Shown piece after piece: positions 9,756 to 19,484 of a stretch of DNA of 64,000 nucleotides. This stretch comes from Bacteroidaceae bacterium (GTDB lineage: Bacteria; Bacteroidota; Bacteroidia; Bacteroidales; UBA932): the NCBI GenBank assembly GCA_963642565.1, contig CAVIGZ010000004.1, positions 4,054-68,053 of the forward strand. The letters are read 5' to 3'. Made by a program: the position numbers and the translations under genes. Position 1 is the first letter of the stretch, and each line of letters starts with the position of its first letter. Below the pieces are notes generated by a model that saw only the letters and a program-made list of their open reading frames with translations, was not told the origin of the DNA and ran no database searches.

Positions 9756-12700
9756 GTTCGGCATCCGTTAAAAAACTCTCCGGCAGTCTTGTCTCGAAAA
9801 GGGAAACCTGCTGCAGGGGGCTGTTCCTTTCCGCAAGGTGGTTTGTTGTCTCCGAGGTCGCTTCCGGAGGTACAAACCTGATAGTCCTTCCTGACAGGGA
9901 GAGCGCTGAATATTGCTGCTCTGATCTTTACGCCCTGACAGACGGGGACATCGTGTTTTATCTCCCTGACAGCGGCAAGGGAGTCGAGAGAAGCAACTAT
10001 AAATCCTCTCTCGGAGTCCAGAGGACATCAGCCGTCGGAAAGATCCTTTCAAACAGGGACAATTCGGAAAGGCTGTTCATCGTGACCTATCCCGAGGCTC
10101 TTGAGGAACATGTTCCCGCTCCTGACAGGATCCGCGAGTCCATTCTGAAGATTTTCAAGGGACAGGAGATTTCCCATGACTCCATCAGGGACATTCTTTT
10201 CAGCCAAGGATTCGAGAAGGTGGATTTCGTCTCGGCTCCGGGGCAGTATTCAATAAGAGGGTCCATCATCGACATATTCTCATATTCATTCAACCACCCT
10301 TTCAGGGTGTCTTTTTTCGGGGATGAGGTTGAGAGGATCCATGTGTTTGACTGCAACACGCAGCTTTCAGGAGAGGAAAGAAATGAGATTGAGATTTTTC
10401 CTGACCTTGCCGCGGAGACTTCGGATGCGGAGGGTGTAAGTGTGGCCGGTCTGCTGCCTGAAGGTACGGTTGTCTGGCTGGATTCTTCCGACATGTACAA
10501 GGACAGGGATTTCTTCAAGGGACTCTCCTCTTTCAGGAGGGTGTTTCTGGAGATTCCTCTCGGAATGGAAGCCGGGGATGCAGTGCCGTTCAGCATCGCT
10601 CCGCAGCCTGTGTTCAACAAGAATTTCGAGCTGCTTACCGCAGACATCAGGCAGAACATCGAGCATGGGTACAAAGTTTTCATATTCAGTGAAAAGAACT
10701 CGCAGATAGAGAGGTTGAAGTCCATCCTGACAGAGAACTGCGGACTGGTGCCGCAGTTTGTCGCGGGGAAGAATATCCATTCAGGGTTCATTGACCGGGA
10801 TGACAAGGTCTGCTGCTACTCCGATCACGAGATTTTTGACCGTTTCCACAGAGTGAGTGTCAGGAGAACGGTGGAAAAGAGCGAGCAGTTGACTCTTAAC
10901 GATTTGACTGCTTTCAACATAGGAGACTATGTGGTTCACATCGACCACGGTGTCGGGGTGTTCGGCGGTCTTGTGAGGATGAAGGATGACAAAGGGAGGA
11001 TGCATGAGGTCGTGAAGCTGATGTACAAGGACGGCGACGTAGTGTTCGTGTCAGTTCATTCTCTGAACAAGATTTCCAGATTCCGCTCCAAGGACGGGGA
11101 GCCTCCGAAGATCAGCAAGCTTGGATCCAGAACCTGGCAGAACCTCAAGCAGAGCGCGAAGTCAAAGATCAAGGACATCGCCAAGGATCTCATCCAGCTT
11201 TACGCCAAACGGAAAACCACCCAAGGATTCGCCTACTCCCCCGACAGCTACCTTCAGGAAGAGCTGGAGTCTTCGTTCATGTACGAGGACACTCCGGATC
11301 AGGAGTCTGCCAACAGGGCCGTGAAGAGGGACATGGAGGACAACAGTCCTATGGACAGGCTTGTCTGCGGAGATGTGGGATTCGGCAAGACGGAGATAGC
11401 GATAAGGGCCGCCTTCAAGGCCGTCACTGACGGCAAGCAGGTCGCCGTGCTGGTGCCTACCACGATTCTTTCCCTTCAGCACTACACTACTTTCTCATCG
11501 CGGCTTAGGAATTTCCCATGTACGACAGACTATGTGAGCAGACTGCGTACCACAAAAGAAATCAATGATGTAAAGGAAAGGCTCAGGAACGGTCAGCTGG
11601 ACATTGTGATCGGAACCCACAAACTGCTCGGCCAAGGGTTCGAGTTCAAGGACCTCGGACTTCTGATCATTGATGAGGAACAGAAGTTCGGTGTGTCCAC
11701 CAAGGAGAAACTCCGTCAGGTGAAGGCTTCTGTGGACACTCTGACATTGACTGCGACTCCTATTCCGCGTACCTTGCAGTTCTCCCTGCTTGGAGCCAGG
11801 GATCTCTCCATCATCAACACTCCGCCTCCCAACAGGATTCCTACCCAGACTGAGATCATCCTGTTCGACAAGGATGAGATCCGGAGCATCATCAACTATG
11901 AGCTCAACCGCGGCGGCCAGCTGTTCTTCATCCACAATAAAGTCGAGGAACTGTCTTCAATCCACGAGATTCTGCACAGGCTCGTTCCGGACATGAAGAT
12001 CTGCGTGGCCCACGGTCAGATGGATGCGAAGGAGCTGGAGAACAGGATGCTGGACTTCATCCGCGGAGACTATGACATGCTGCTCTGCACCACGATCATC
12101 GAGAACGGACTGGACATACCGAACGCCAACACCATCATAATCAATCAGGCTCAGAACATCGGCCTGAGCGATCTGCATCAGCTCAGGGGACGTGTCGGCA
12201 GATCTGACAGGAAAGCCTTCTGCTACCTTATAGTTCCTCCGCTTGTCACAATAACGGACGATGCCCGAAGAAGGCTCAAGGCCATCGAGGAGTTCTCCGA
12301 TCTTGGAAGCGGATTCAACATCGCCATGCAGGATCTGGACATCCGGGGTGCCGGAAACCTTCTGGGAGCGGAACAGAGCGGATTCATCATGGACATGGGC
12401 TATGAGACCTACCAGAAAATCCTTGCGGAGGCGATGGAGGAACTTGGAGTCGAGACGGGAGTATCCGCGGGCCGAACCGATGGATCCTTTGTCGAGGACT
12501 GTACGGTCGAGACTGACCAGCCTGCGATGATCCCGGACTCTTACATCGACATAACGGCCGAGAAGATAAGGATTTACAAGCAACTTGACAGCATGACCGG
12601 CGACAAGGAGATCGACCGCGCCAAGGCTCAGCTTGAGGACCGGTTCGGAGAGATGCCGCAGGAAGCCGACAATCTGTTCCATGTGGTTAAAATCAGGAAT

Positions 12701-12946
12701 CTTGGAGGAAAACTCGGGTTCGAGAAGATCATCATCAAGAACGGAATGATGATAATGTTCTTCATCGCCAACCAGATGTCTCCTTACTACAAGTCTGATG
12801 TCTTTTCGGGAATATTACAGAGCATCAACGCCAACGACCGGCTTTTCAACCTCAAGCAGTCGGAAGGTAAACTCAAGATCGTAAGCCGCGGGATAGATTC
12901 TCTGCCGAAAGCTCTTCTGACCCTCAATAGACTGAGTGACCGTTAA
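9746..12946 (+). CDS. mfd: Transcription-repair coupling factor Mfd
   Basis: GDYVVHIDHGVG (RID/CarD), CGDVGFGKTE, IIDEEQKFG, TATPIPRT, QLRGRVGRS, DLDIRGAGN. ATG 9746 preferred over the ORF start at 9656. Confidence 0.96.
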   Translation: MLISSASVKKLSGSLVSKRETCCRGLFLSARWFVVSEVASGGTNLIVLPDRESAEYCCSDLYALTDGDIVFYLPDSGKGVERSNYKSSLGVQRTSAVGKILSNRDNSERLFIVTYPEALEEHVPAPDRIRESILKIFKGQEISHDSIRDILFSQGFEKVDFVSAPGQYSIRGSIIDIFSYSFNHPFRVSFFGDEVERIHVFDCNTQLSGEERNEIEIFPDLAAETSDAEGVSVAGLLPEGTVVWLDSSDMYKDRDFFKGLSSFRRVFLEIPLGMEAGDAVPFSIAPQPVFNKNFELLTADIRQNIEHGYKVFIFSEKNSQIERLKSILTENCGLVPQFVAGKNIHSGFIDRDDKVCCYSDHEIFDRFHRVSVRRTVEKSEQLTLNDLTAFNIGDYVVHIDHGVGVFGGLVRMKDDKGRMHEVVKLMYKDGDVVFVSVHSLNKISRFRSKDGEPPKISKLGSRTWQNLKQSAKSKIKDIAKDLIQLYAKRKTTQGFAYSPDSYLQEELESSFMYEDTPDQESANRAVKRDMEDNSPMDRLVCGDVGFGKTEIAIRAAFKAVTDGKQVAVLVPTTILSLQHYTTFSSRLRNFPCTTDYVSRLRTTKEINDVKERLRNGQLDIVIGTHKLLGQGFEFKDLGLLIIDEEQKFGVSTKEKLRQVKASVDTLTLTATPIPRTLQFSLLGARDLSIINTPPPNRIPTQTEIILFDKDEIRSIINYELNRGGQLFFIHNKVEELSSIHEILHRLVPDMKICVAHGQMDAKELENRMLDFIRGDYDMLLCTTIIENGLDIPNANTIIINQAQNIGLSDLHQLRGRVGRSDRKAFCYLIVPPLVTITDDARRRLKAIEEFSDLGSGFNIAMQDLDIRGAGNLLGAEQSGFIMDMGYETYQKILAEAMEELGVETGVSAGRTDGSFVEDCTVETDQPAMIPDSYIDITAEKIRIYKQLDSMTGDKEIDRAKAQLEDRFGEMPQEADNLFHVVKIRNLGGKLGFEKIIIKNGMMIMFFIANQMSPYYKSDVFSGILQSINANDRLFNLKQSEGKLKIVSRGIDSLPKALLTLNRLSDR

Positions 12947-13019
12947 AATCAAAACAGCTTCCAAGTTGCCGCTTACTGAAATAAAATTGCTATCTTTGAA
13001 AGTTTGTCGGTTTTAGACA

Positions 13020-13748
13020 ATGCCGAATCTTTTGGTTGAAATAGGAAACACCGCGCTGAAAGCGGCCTGGTCCGAAGGTGTCACCCTCGGAAAGACTTTC
13101 CGTTATCAGGGCGAGAAGATGTTCGACTATGTGGATTCGCTGGTTGAGAAGGAAAAACCGGCTGTGATGGTCATTTCCTCCACCATCGACATCAGCAGCG
13201 ATGAAGAGGAGAGACTCAAAGGAAAATGCGGAAGACTGGTGATCCTTGACCGGAACCACACGGAAATGGCTGATGAATATTCCCTTCCTTCCTATCTGTC
13301 CCCTGACAGAATAGCCTCCGTGATAGCCTCAAGGCATCTTTTCAAAGGCAGGGGAAGTGTTGTATTCGATTTCGGCACCACTCTGACAATCGATGTCATC
13401 GAACCTGACGGGGAATATTCCGGAGGGAACATATCCCCGGGACTGAGGACAAGATTCAAGGCTTTGTCGAGGTATTCAAGGACACTGCCTCTTGTGGACA
13501 CTCCCGTTTCGGTAAGAACCACAGGAAATTCGCTTGATTCCGCCATAGAATCAGGTGTAGTGTCAGGCATAATGTTTGAAATAACAGGCTACCTGTCTTT
13601 ATTTCCCGAAAAAATTGTGGTTTTTACGGGGGGAGACGCTTTATATTTTGCAAAAAGAATGAAAAACTCCATCTTTGCAGTCTGCAATCTTGTGATGATG
13701 GGGTTAGCCTTAATCGCTGACAAGTATTATGTTGAAAGGAAAGTTTAG
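13020..13748 (+). CDS. coaX: Type III pantothenate kinase
   Basis: EIGNT, SPDRIA, DFGTTLTID, GGNISPG, TGGDA. TATCTTTG -7 element at 12991. Confidence 0.88.
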   Translation: MPNLLVEIGNTALKAAWSEGVTLGKTFRYQGEKMFDYVDSLVEKEKPAVMVISSTIDISSDEEERLKGKCGRLVILDRNHTEMADEYSLPSYLSPDRIASVIASRHLFKGRGSVVFDFGTTLTIDVIEPDGEYSGGNISPGLRTRFKALSRYSRTLPLVDTPVSVRTTGNSLDSAIESGVVSGIMFEITGYLSLFPEKIVVFTGGDALYFAKRMKNSIFAVCNLVMMGLALIADKYYVERKV

Positions 13749-15051
13749 AAAGATATTCCTGTCCGTGCCGGTATTGTTCTGCGCGTTCCCTGTGTTCGCC
13801 CAGAACGATGCCTATAATGCCTACACCCCATATTCCATGTTCGGAATAGGCGAGATCTCGAAACAGGGGACCGCATTCAACAAGAGCATGGGAGGTGTAG
13901 GAATCGCGACGAGGGACAAGAGGAATGTGAACATCCTCAATCCCGCCGCCGTCACAGCAAGGGAAGCCAAATCCGTTATGGTTGACTTCGGAATAGCCCA
14001 GGGCAACAGGTATTATGCCCAGCACGGCGTGAAGTCTTCCAACAACACCTTCAACTTCTACGATTTCGTGATCTCTTTTCCTGTTTACAAGTCACTTGCG
14101 ATGTACGCCGGAGTGACTCCCTACAGTGATTTGGGTTATGAGATCTCTTCAAAGATCACAGATCCTTCGGTCATAGCGAACACAGGTGTCATCACCAACA
14201 CAGTTCAAGGTTACGGCGGAATGACCAACATGTTTCTTGGATCCGGAATTGATGTGGCGAAAGGACTTTCCGTAGGTGTGGAAGGACAGTATTATTTCGG
14301 CAATCTTCACAAGACCAATGAGTTTGCAATGTCGAAATCCACTTACAGGAGCATTTCCAGCGGATTCGACATGAATCTTAACGCTTTCACCGCAAAGTTG
14401 GGTGTACAGTACGAGACAAACCTTACGGAGAACATTTCCGCTGTCGCCGGCATCACATGCAAGCTTGGAACAAGCCTCAACGGAGAGGTTGAACGGTACG
14501 AGATCCAGTCGATCTCGTCGGTCAATGACTCTACTCCTTCTCCGAGAAGCTACGTTGACACCTTGAGCGGCCAGGTCAAGCTTGCCGGTGAACTTGGAAT
14601 AGGAATAGCCTTGAAAGGAGGGGACAAGTGGACAGCCGAGATCAACTACATCCGTTCTGACTGGAGTTCCAGCGGAATGAATAAGGTTCCGGGATTCGCC
14701 AATGTCGGCAATGCCGTTTTCAGCGCATCCACGGCACAGTCAGTCAGGGCCGGGTTCTCGATCGTTCCGAACAGAAATGATATTCGTTACTATCGTAAAA
14801 GAGTGACTTACAGGGCTGGAGCCTATTGGGATCAAGCTTATTGCAAACTTGACGGTCAGTCGATCAACGCCGTCGGAGTCACTTTAGGAGCCACACTTCC
14901 CGTGTTCAGCTGGAGCAACGGTCTGACATTCGGGGTCGATTTCGGACAGAGGGGATCGTTGACCGGAAACATGGTGAGGGAGAGATACGTCAACTTCAAC
15001 ATCGGGATCAACATCTTCGACATCTGGTTCATGAAGCCTAAATACAATTGA
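13729..15051 (+). CDS. Outer-membrane beta-barrel protein (FadL/OmpP1-like)
   Basis: Signal peptide, PYSMFGIG…SMGGVGIA…NPAA N-terminal motif, alternating beta-strand pattern. Confidence 0.7.
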   Translation: MLKGKFRKIFLSVPVLFCAFPVFAQNDAYNAYTPYSMFGIGEISKQGTAFNKSMGGVGIATRDKRNVNILNPAAVTAREAKSVMVDFGIAQGNRYYAQHGVKSSNNTFNFYDFVISFPVYKSLAMYAGVTPYSDLGYEISSKITDPSVIANTGVITNTVQGYGGMTNMFLGSGIDVAKGLSVGVEGQYYFGNLHKTNEFAMSKSTYRSISSGFDMNLNAFTAKLGVQYETNLTENISAVAGITCKLGTSLNGEVERYEIQSISSVNDSTPSPRSYVDTLSGQVKLAGELGIGIALKGGDKWTAEINYIRSDWSSSGMNKVPGFANVGNAVFSASTAQSVRAGFSIVPNRNDIRYYRKRVTYRAGAYWDQAYCKLDGQSINAVGVTLGATLPVFSWSNGLTFGVDFGQRGSLTGNMVRERYVNFNIGINIFDIWFMKPKYN

Positions 15052-15084
15052 TGAATATATTAGAAATAAAAATAATACACAACC

Positions 15085-16389
15085 ATGAAAAGGATCACAC
15101 TAGTACTGTTAACTCTCGCTGCGGCGGCTTTCGGAACGAAAGTTTCCGCTCAGGGAAAGTATGGCGCGGACAGCGCGGAATGCATCAAGTATCTGTCTTA
15201 CTATCAGGAGTATTACAAACAGAAGAACTACACGGAGGCGCTTCCTAACTGGAGAAAGGCTTTCAAACTCTGTCCTCCTACGGCCAGCCAGAACATGCTT
15301 CTTAACGGTATGACCCTTCTCGGAAAGGAGATCGTCAAGACGAAGGACGCGCAGGCACGCGCCGCGATAATCGACACGATCCTTAATCTGAATGACCTCA
15401 GGGCGCAGTACTATCCTAAATATGCCGTTGCGGCCTACAATTCAAAAGGACAGTACATCACACAGTACTTCAAGGATCCTAAGGTTGTCTATGAGCAGCT
15501 GAACAAGATCATCGAGATCAATCAGGAGAAAACCAAGCCGAGTCTTCTCCTCCTTGACCTCAATTCAGCCATTGAACTTTACAAGGATTCCTCTCTCGGA
15601 GCCGAGGAAGTGATCAACACTTACCAGAACGCCATCGCTTTGCTTGACAAGGCCGGAAATGACGAGGAGAACGCCAAGATCAAGTCCGACATCGAGGGAC
15701 TGTTCATCACAAGCCAGGTCGCCAGCTGCGACAACCTCATCGCCCTGTTCACACCACGCTACGAGTCTGATCCGGACAACATGGACCTCGTTGCCAACAT
15801 CGTGAAGATGCTTGGTTCTACTGAAGGATGCCAGAATAACGACCTGTTCCTCAAGGCTGTGACCAAAATGCACAAAAATGAGCCGTCAGCGTCATCGGCT
15901 TACTATCTTTACAAGCTTCACGCCGCCAATGATGAGTCCGACACCGCCATCAAGTACTTTGAGGAGGCTGTCTCACTCTGTGCCGACGATGATCCTGTCA
16001 AGGCTGACTACCTGATCGAACTTGCCACCTACTGCCTCAAGAACAACATCACAGGCAAGGCGTTCGACTACGCCAGAAAGGCAGCCGAACTTGAGCCGGC
16101 CCATCAGGGCAAGGCTTACTACCTCATCGCCACGATCTGGGGTGCGGCCCGCTGCGGAGGGAACGAGATTGAAAGCAGAGCCAAATACTGGGTTGCTGTT
16201 GACTATCTCCAGAAGGCGAAGTCCGCTGACTCCTCTCTGACCGATGACTGCAACAAACTCATCTCCGCCTACAGTGTCTATTATCCTCAGAAGGCTGAGG
16301 CGTTCATGTACGATGTTGTTGACGGACAGTCTTACACGGTTAACTGCGGCGGCATGCATGCGACAACTACCGTAAGGACGCAGAAGTAA
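15085..16389 (+). CDS. Exported TPR-repeat protein
   Basis: Signal peptide and helical TPR-like repeats (AYYLYKL…AIKYFEEAV; AFDYARKAAEL). Confidence 0.75.
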   Translation: MKRITLVLLTLAAAAFGTKVSAQGKYGADSAECIKYLSYYQEYYKQKNYTEALPNWRKAFKLCPPTASQNMLLNGMTLLGKEIVKTKDAQARAAIIDTILNLNDLRAQYYPKYAVAAYNSKGQYITQYFKDPKVVYEQLNKIIEINQEKTKPSLLLLDLNSAIELYKDSSLGAEEVINTYQNAIALLDKAGNDEENAKIKSDIEGLFITSQVASCDNLIALFTPRYESDPDNMDLVANIVKMLGSTEGCQNNDLFLKAVTKMHKNEPSASSAYYLYKLHAANDESDTAIKYFEEAVSLCADDDPVKADYLIELATYCLKNNITGKAFDYARKAAELEPAHQGKAYYLIATIWGAARCGGNEIESRAKYWVAVDYLQKAKSADSSLTDDCNKLISAYSVYYPQKAEAFMYDVVDGQSYTVNCGGMHATTTVRTQK

Positions 16390-16396
16390 TGCGGAA

Positions 16397-17026
16397 TTGA
16401 AACGGAACATACATAGTCTTATGATGATTGCAACCGCTTCGGCGGTTGCTTTCATCGTATTTTCCTGCAAGGGAAAACTGTCCGAGGCGGAGCGTCTGAA
16501 TCTTGCCGAGACCCCTGTTCAGACAGTGGACAGCATGTTTGTGGTCCAGACGAAGAACGGTGGCATCCAGATGAGGGTGGAGGCCGATGTGATGGAGAGG
16601 TACGAGAACGACACATGTTCCTACGAACTCTTTCCGAAGGGTCTGCATGCCTTTGCCTACACGGATGATGACATGCTTGAGACAGTTCTTCACTCCGACA
16701 ACGCGAAGCATTTCAAAAGCAAGAGGACTAAGGAGGAATATTGGTCAGCCTTCGGCAATGTGGTGGTTCAGAATGTGATAAACCAGCAGACTCTGGAGAC
16801 GGACACTCTTTATTGGGATCAGTCCGGCAAGGAAATCTACACAGACTGCTATGTCAGGATGTTCTCCAACGACGGGTTTCTTCAGGGATTCGGCATGAGG
16901 TCGGACGAGATGGCAAGGAACGCAAGAATCTTCAAGGCTTTCAACAGTGATCTTGTTGTGGTGCAGGATTCGACCAAGGTAATCATTGATTCTGTCAACT
17001 TTATTGGGCCTTTGCTCAAAAAATAA
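16397..17026 (+). CDS. lptC: LPS export periplasmic protein LptC
   Basis: Lipobox-like VFSCK, FPKGL, AFGNVVV, LETDTLYWDQ…IYTD. Bacteroidales LptC pattern and context. Confidence 0.8.
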   Translation: MKRNIHSLMMIATASAVAFIVFSCKGKLSEAERLNLAETPVQTVDSMFVVQTKNGGIQMRVEADVMERYENDTCSYELFPKGLHAFAYTDDDMLETVLHSDNAKHFKSKRTKEEYWSAFGNVVVQNVINQQTLETDTLYWDQSGKEIYTDCYVRMFSNDGFLQGFGMRSDEMARNARIFKAFNSDLVVVQDSTKVIIDSVNFIGPLLKK

Positions 17027-17101
17027 TGGTTAATTGAATTAAAATCACTATCTTCGCACCCCAATACCTATTTTTTGGAAATTATAAAAACGTAATACAC
17101 A

Positions 17102-19183
17102 ATGGCGATTCTTCAAAAAACTCGCGAAAAGGCCGGCATGGCAGTGTCTATCATCATTGCCTTGGCTCTTTTGTCATTCATTATCGACCCTCAGACCCTT
17201 GAGACCGCGTTCAATGCGATGTCCTCAAGGAATGATGTGGGATCAATCAACGGTAAGACCGTCTCTTATCTTGATTTCCAGCAGGATGTGGAAAAGTTCA
17301 CAACCATCAATGAGATGGTGACAGGTTCTTCCGCCCAGAACGAACGTCAGCAGGAGCAGATCCGCAACGCCGCATGGCAGAGTCTTCTGGACAGGTATCT
17401 GTTCATCAAGAATGCGAAAGCCGCCGGTATCAGGGTAGGTGAGGAAGAGATGAAGGATCTTCTTGCCGGAGACATGATCTCTCCGGTGATCTCTCAGAAT
17501 CCGGCTTTTTTGGATGAGGACGGCAACTTTTCGAAAGAGGCTTTGCAGAATCTCATCAGCGGTGTCTCACAGGATCAGACCGGAAGGATCAGAGAGTATT
17601 GGAACTACCTGCAGAACACTGTTTACACGCAGCAGTTCTATGCTAAATACGGTTCTCTGTTCACTCAGGGCAACGTGCAGAACCCTCTGATGCTCAGAAG
17701 AGCCATCGCCGAGAACAACAACACGACAAACGTTGATTTCGTGCTGGTTCCGAACTACGGTCAGGACACCACCGTCAAGGTGAGCGGCGAGGAGATCAGA
17801 AAGTACTACGACACCCACAAGAAGATGTTCAGACAGAACGCTTCAAGGGACATGGAATATGTTGTCTTCGAGGTGAAGCCTTCCGAGGCTGACATCACCT
17901 CCACGAACGAGGCTGTCGGCAAGGTTTACGACGAGTTCACGACCACCGACAACATGAAGTCTTTCCTTGCCAGAAATTCCGAGAGGAACTTCAGTGAGTA
18001 CTGGTACAGGGCCGGTGAACTTTCAACAGTCAACAAGGCTGTCAGCGAGTTTGTTGACAACAACACTTCCGGAACCTCACCTGTTGTCTCAGACAACAAT
18101 GTGTTCTATGCCGCCAGGATCATGGCCACAGCGCAGATTCCTGACTCTGTCTATGTAAGGCACATCCTTCTTCAGGGTGGCACCGAGACGAAGGCCGACA
18201 GCCTCCTCAACGTGCTTGCCAAGGGTGAGAGCTTCTCCAATGTCGCCGCCTCATACTCATCAGACACCAGAAGTGCCGCCGACGGGGAGCTGGGCAACAT
18301 CGGCTGGATGACCCAGACTTACATGATTCCTGGATTCGAGTCTGTGTTTTCGGCCAGGACAGGCAATCCGTACATAGTGAAGACACAGTACGGAACACAC
18401 ATTGTCGAGGTTTCCAAAAGGACGGCTCCTGTGGCCAAGAAGCAGGTGGCCATCCTTGAGAAAACAGCTCTCGCAAGCGGTGAGACATTCAACAGTTATT
18501 ATGCCCAGGCCAGCAAGTTCTCCAAGCTTGCAGCCGGTAAGTACGACAATTACAAGGCTGCCGTTGACTCGATGGGAATCTACTCACATCCTTTGAAAGT
18601 CACCGAGGCCACCTCCAGCTACGGTTCCATCCAGCAGGCCAAGGAAGTCACGAGATGGGTGTTCGACAACAAGGTCGGAAAGGTTTCCGAAATCATTACT
18701 GTTGACAATAACTACCTGTTTGTCGCCACGGTCACAGGAATCCACAAGGAAGGCATCGCAAAGCTTGATGAGGTAAAGGATGCCATCCGCCAGAGGCTCT
18801 ATGCCGAAAAGTCCGGCGAGAAGGCTGCCGCCGACATCGCTCAGAAGATTCAGGGTCTTGGTAACCTTCAGGCCATTGCCGACACCCTTCACTCCTCTGT
18901 AAGCGCAGGGGTTGACGTGAGGTTCGCCTCATTGTCAGGACAGGGACTCGACCCTAAGTTCATCGGTGCCGCCTCAGTCGCTCCGGAAGGAAAGATCTGC
19001 TCCGTGGCCGGATCAATCGGAACTTATGTGTTCAAGGTCAACTCTCGTGACACCGGAGCTTTCTACACCGAGGATGACGCAAAGAACAACGCCGCTCAGA
19101 TCAACAGCTACAGCACTCAGATGATTCTTCCTGTCATGATGACGGAGGCTGAGGTGAAGGACAACAGGGCGCGCTTCTATTAA
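17102..19183 (+). CDS. ppiD: PpiD-like periplasmic chaperone/peptidyl-prolyl isomerase
   Basis: N-terminal TM anchor, SurA-N-like region, parvulin domain (VRHILL…GELGNIGW…TQYGTHIV), C-terminus VKDNRARFY. Confidence 0.85.
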   Translation: MAILQKTREKAGMAVSIIIALALLSFIIDPQTLETAFNAMSSRNDVGSINGKTVSYLDFQQDVEKFTTINEMVTGSSAQNERQQEQIRNAAWQSLLDRYLFIKNAKAAGIRVGEEEMKDLLAGDMISPVISQNPAFLDEDGNFSKEALQNLISGVSQDQTGRIREYWNYLQNTVYTQQFYAKYGSLFTQGNVQNPLMLRRAIAENNNTTNVDFVLVPNYGQDTTVKVSGEEIRKYYDTHKKMFRQNASRDMEYVVFEVKPSEADITSTNEAVGKVYDEFTTTDNMKSFLARNSERNFSEYWYRAGELSTVNKAVSEFVDNNTSGTSPVVSDNNVFYAARIMATAQIPDSVYVRHILLQGGTETKADSLLNVLAKGESFSNVAASYSSDTRSAADGELGNIGWMTQTYMIPGFESVFSARTGNPYIVKTQYGTHIVEVSKRTAPVAKKQVAILEKTALASGETFNSYYAQASKFSKLAAGKYDNYKAAVDSMGIYSHPLKVTEATSSYGSIQQAKEVTRWVFDNKVGKVSEIITVDNNYLFVATVTGIHKEGIAKLDEVKDAIRQRLYAEKSGEKAAADIAQKIQGLGNLQAIADTLHSSVSAGVDVRFASLSGQGLDPKFIGAASVAPEGKICSVAGSIGTYVFKVNSRDTGAFYTEDDAKNNAAQINSYSTQMILPVMMTEAEVKDNRARFY

Positions 19184-19203
19184 TAGGATTATAGTTTTAT
19201 TTT

Positions 19204-19245
19204 TAAGTCCGGCTTTCAACACGAAGGCCGGACTTATTTTTTTTT
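19204..19245 (+). terminator. Intrinsic terminator after ppiD
   Basis: TAAGTCCGGCTTTC/GAAGGCCGGACTTA stem followed by a T-run. Confidence 0.8.
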
Positions 19246-19484
19246 CATTGTGCTTTACACTTGTCAAACTGACTCTTCAGGCACTTTTTGAAAAGGTTTT
19301 GTTACGTACCACAACTTAATTTTTGTTATATCTACTTCAAAAATTGCCAATGTTTGTTTTAAAAAAAATATTAGGATTAATTTTAAATCGTTTTTTTTAA
19401 CAAACCACATATCCCTCCACGTAAGCGGGGGAATAGCAACGATAACTTTTTTTTATTAAAGAGTCAGTTTAACACATTAATTAT

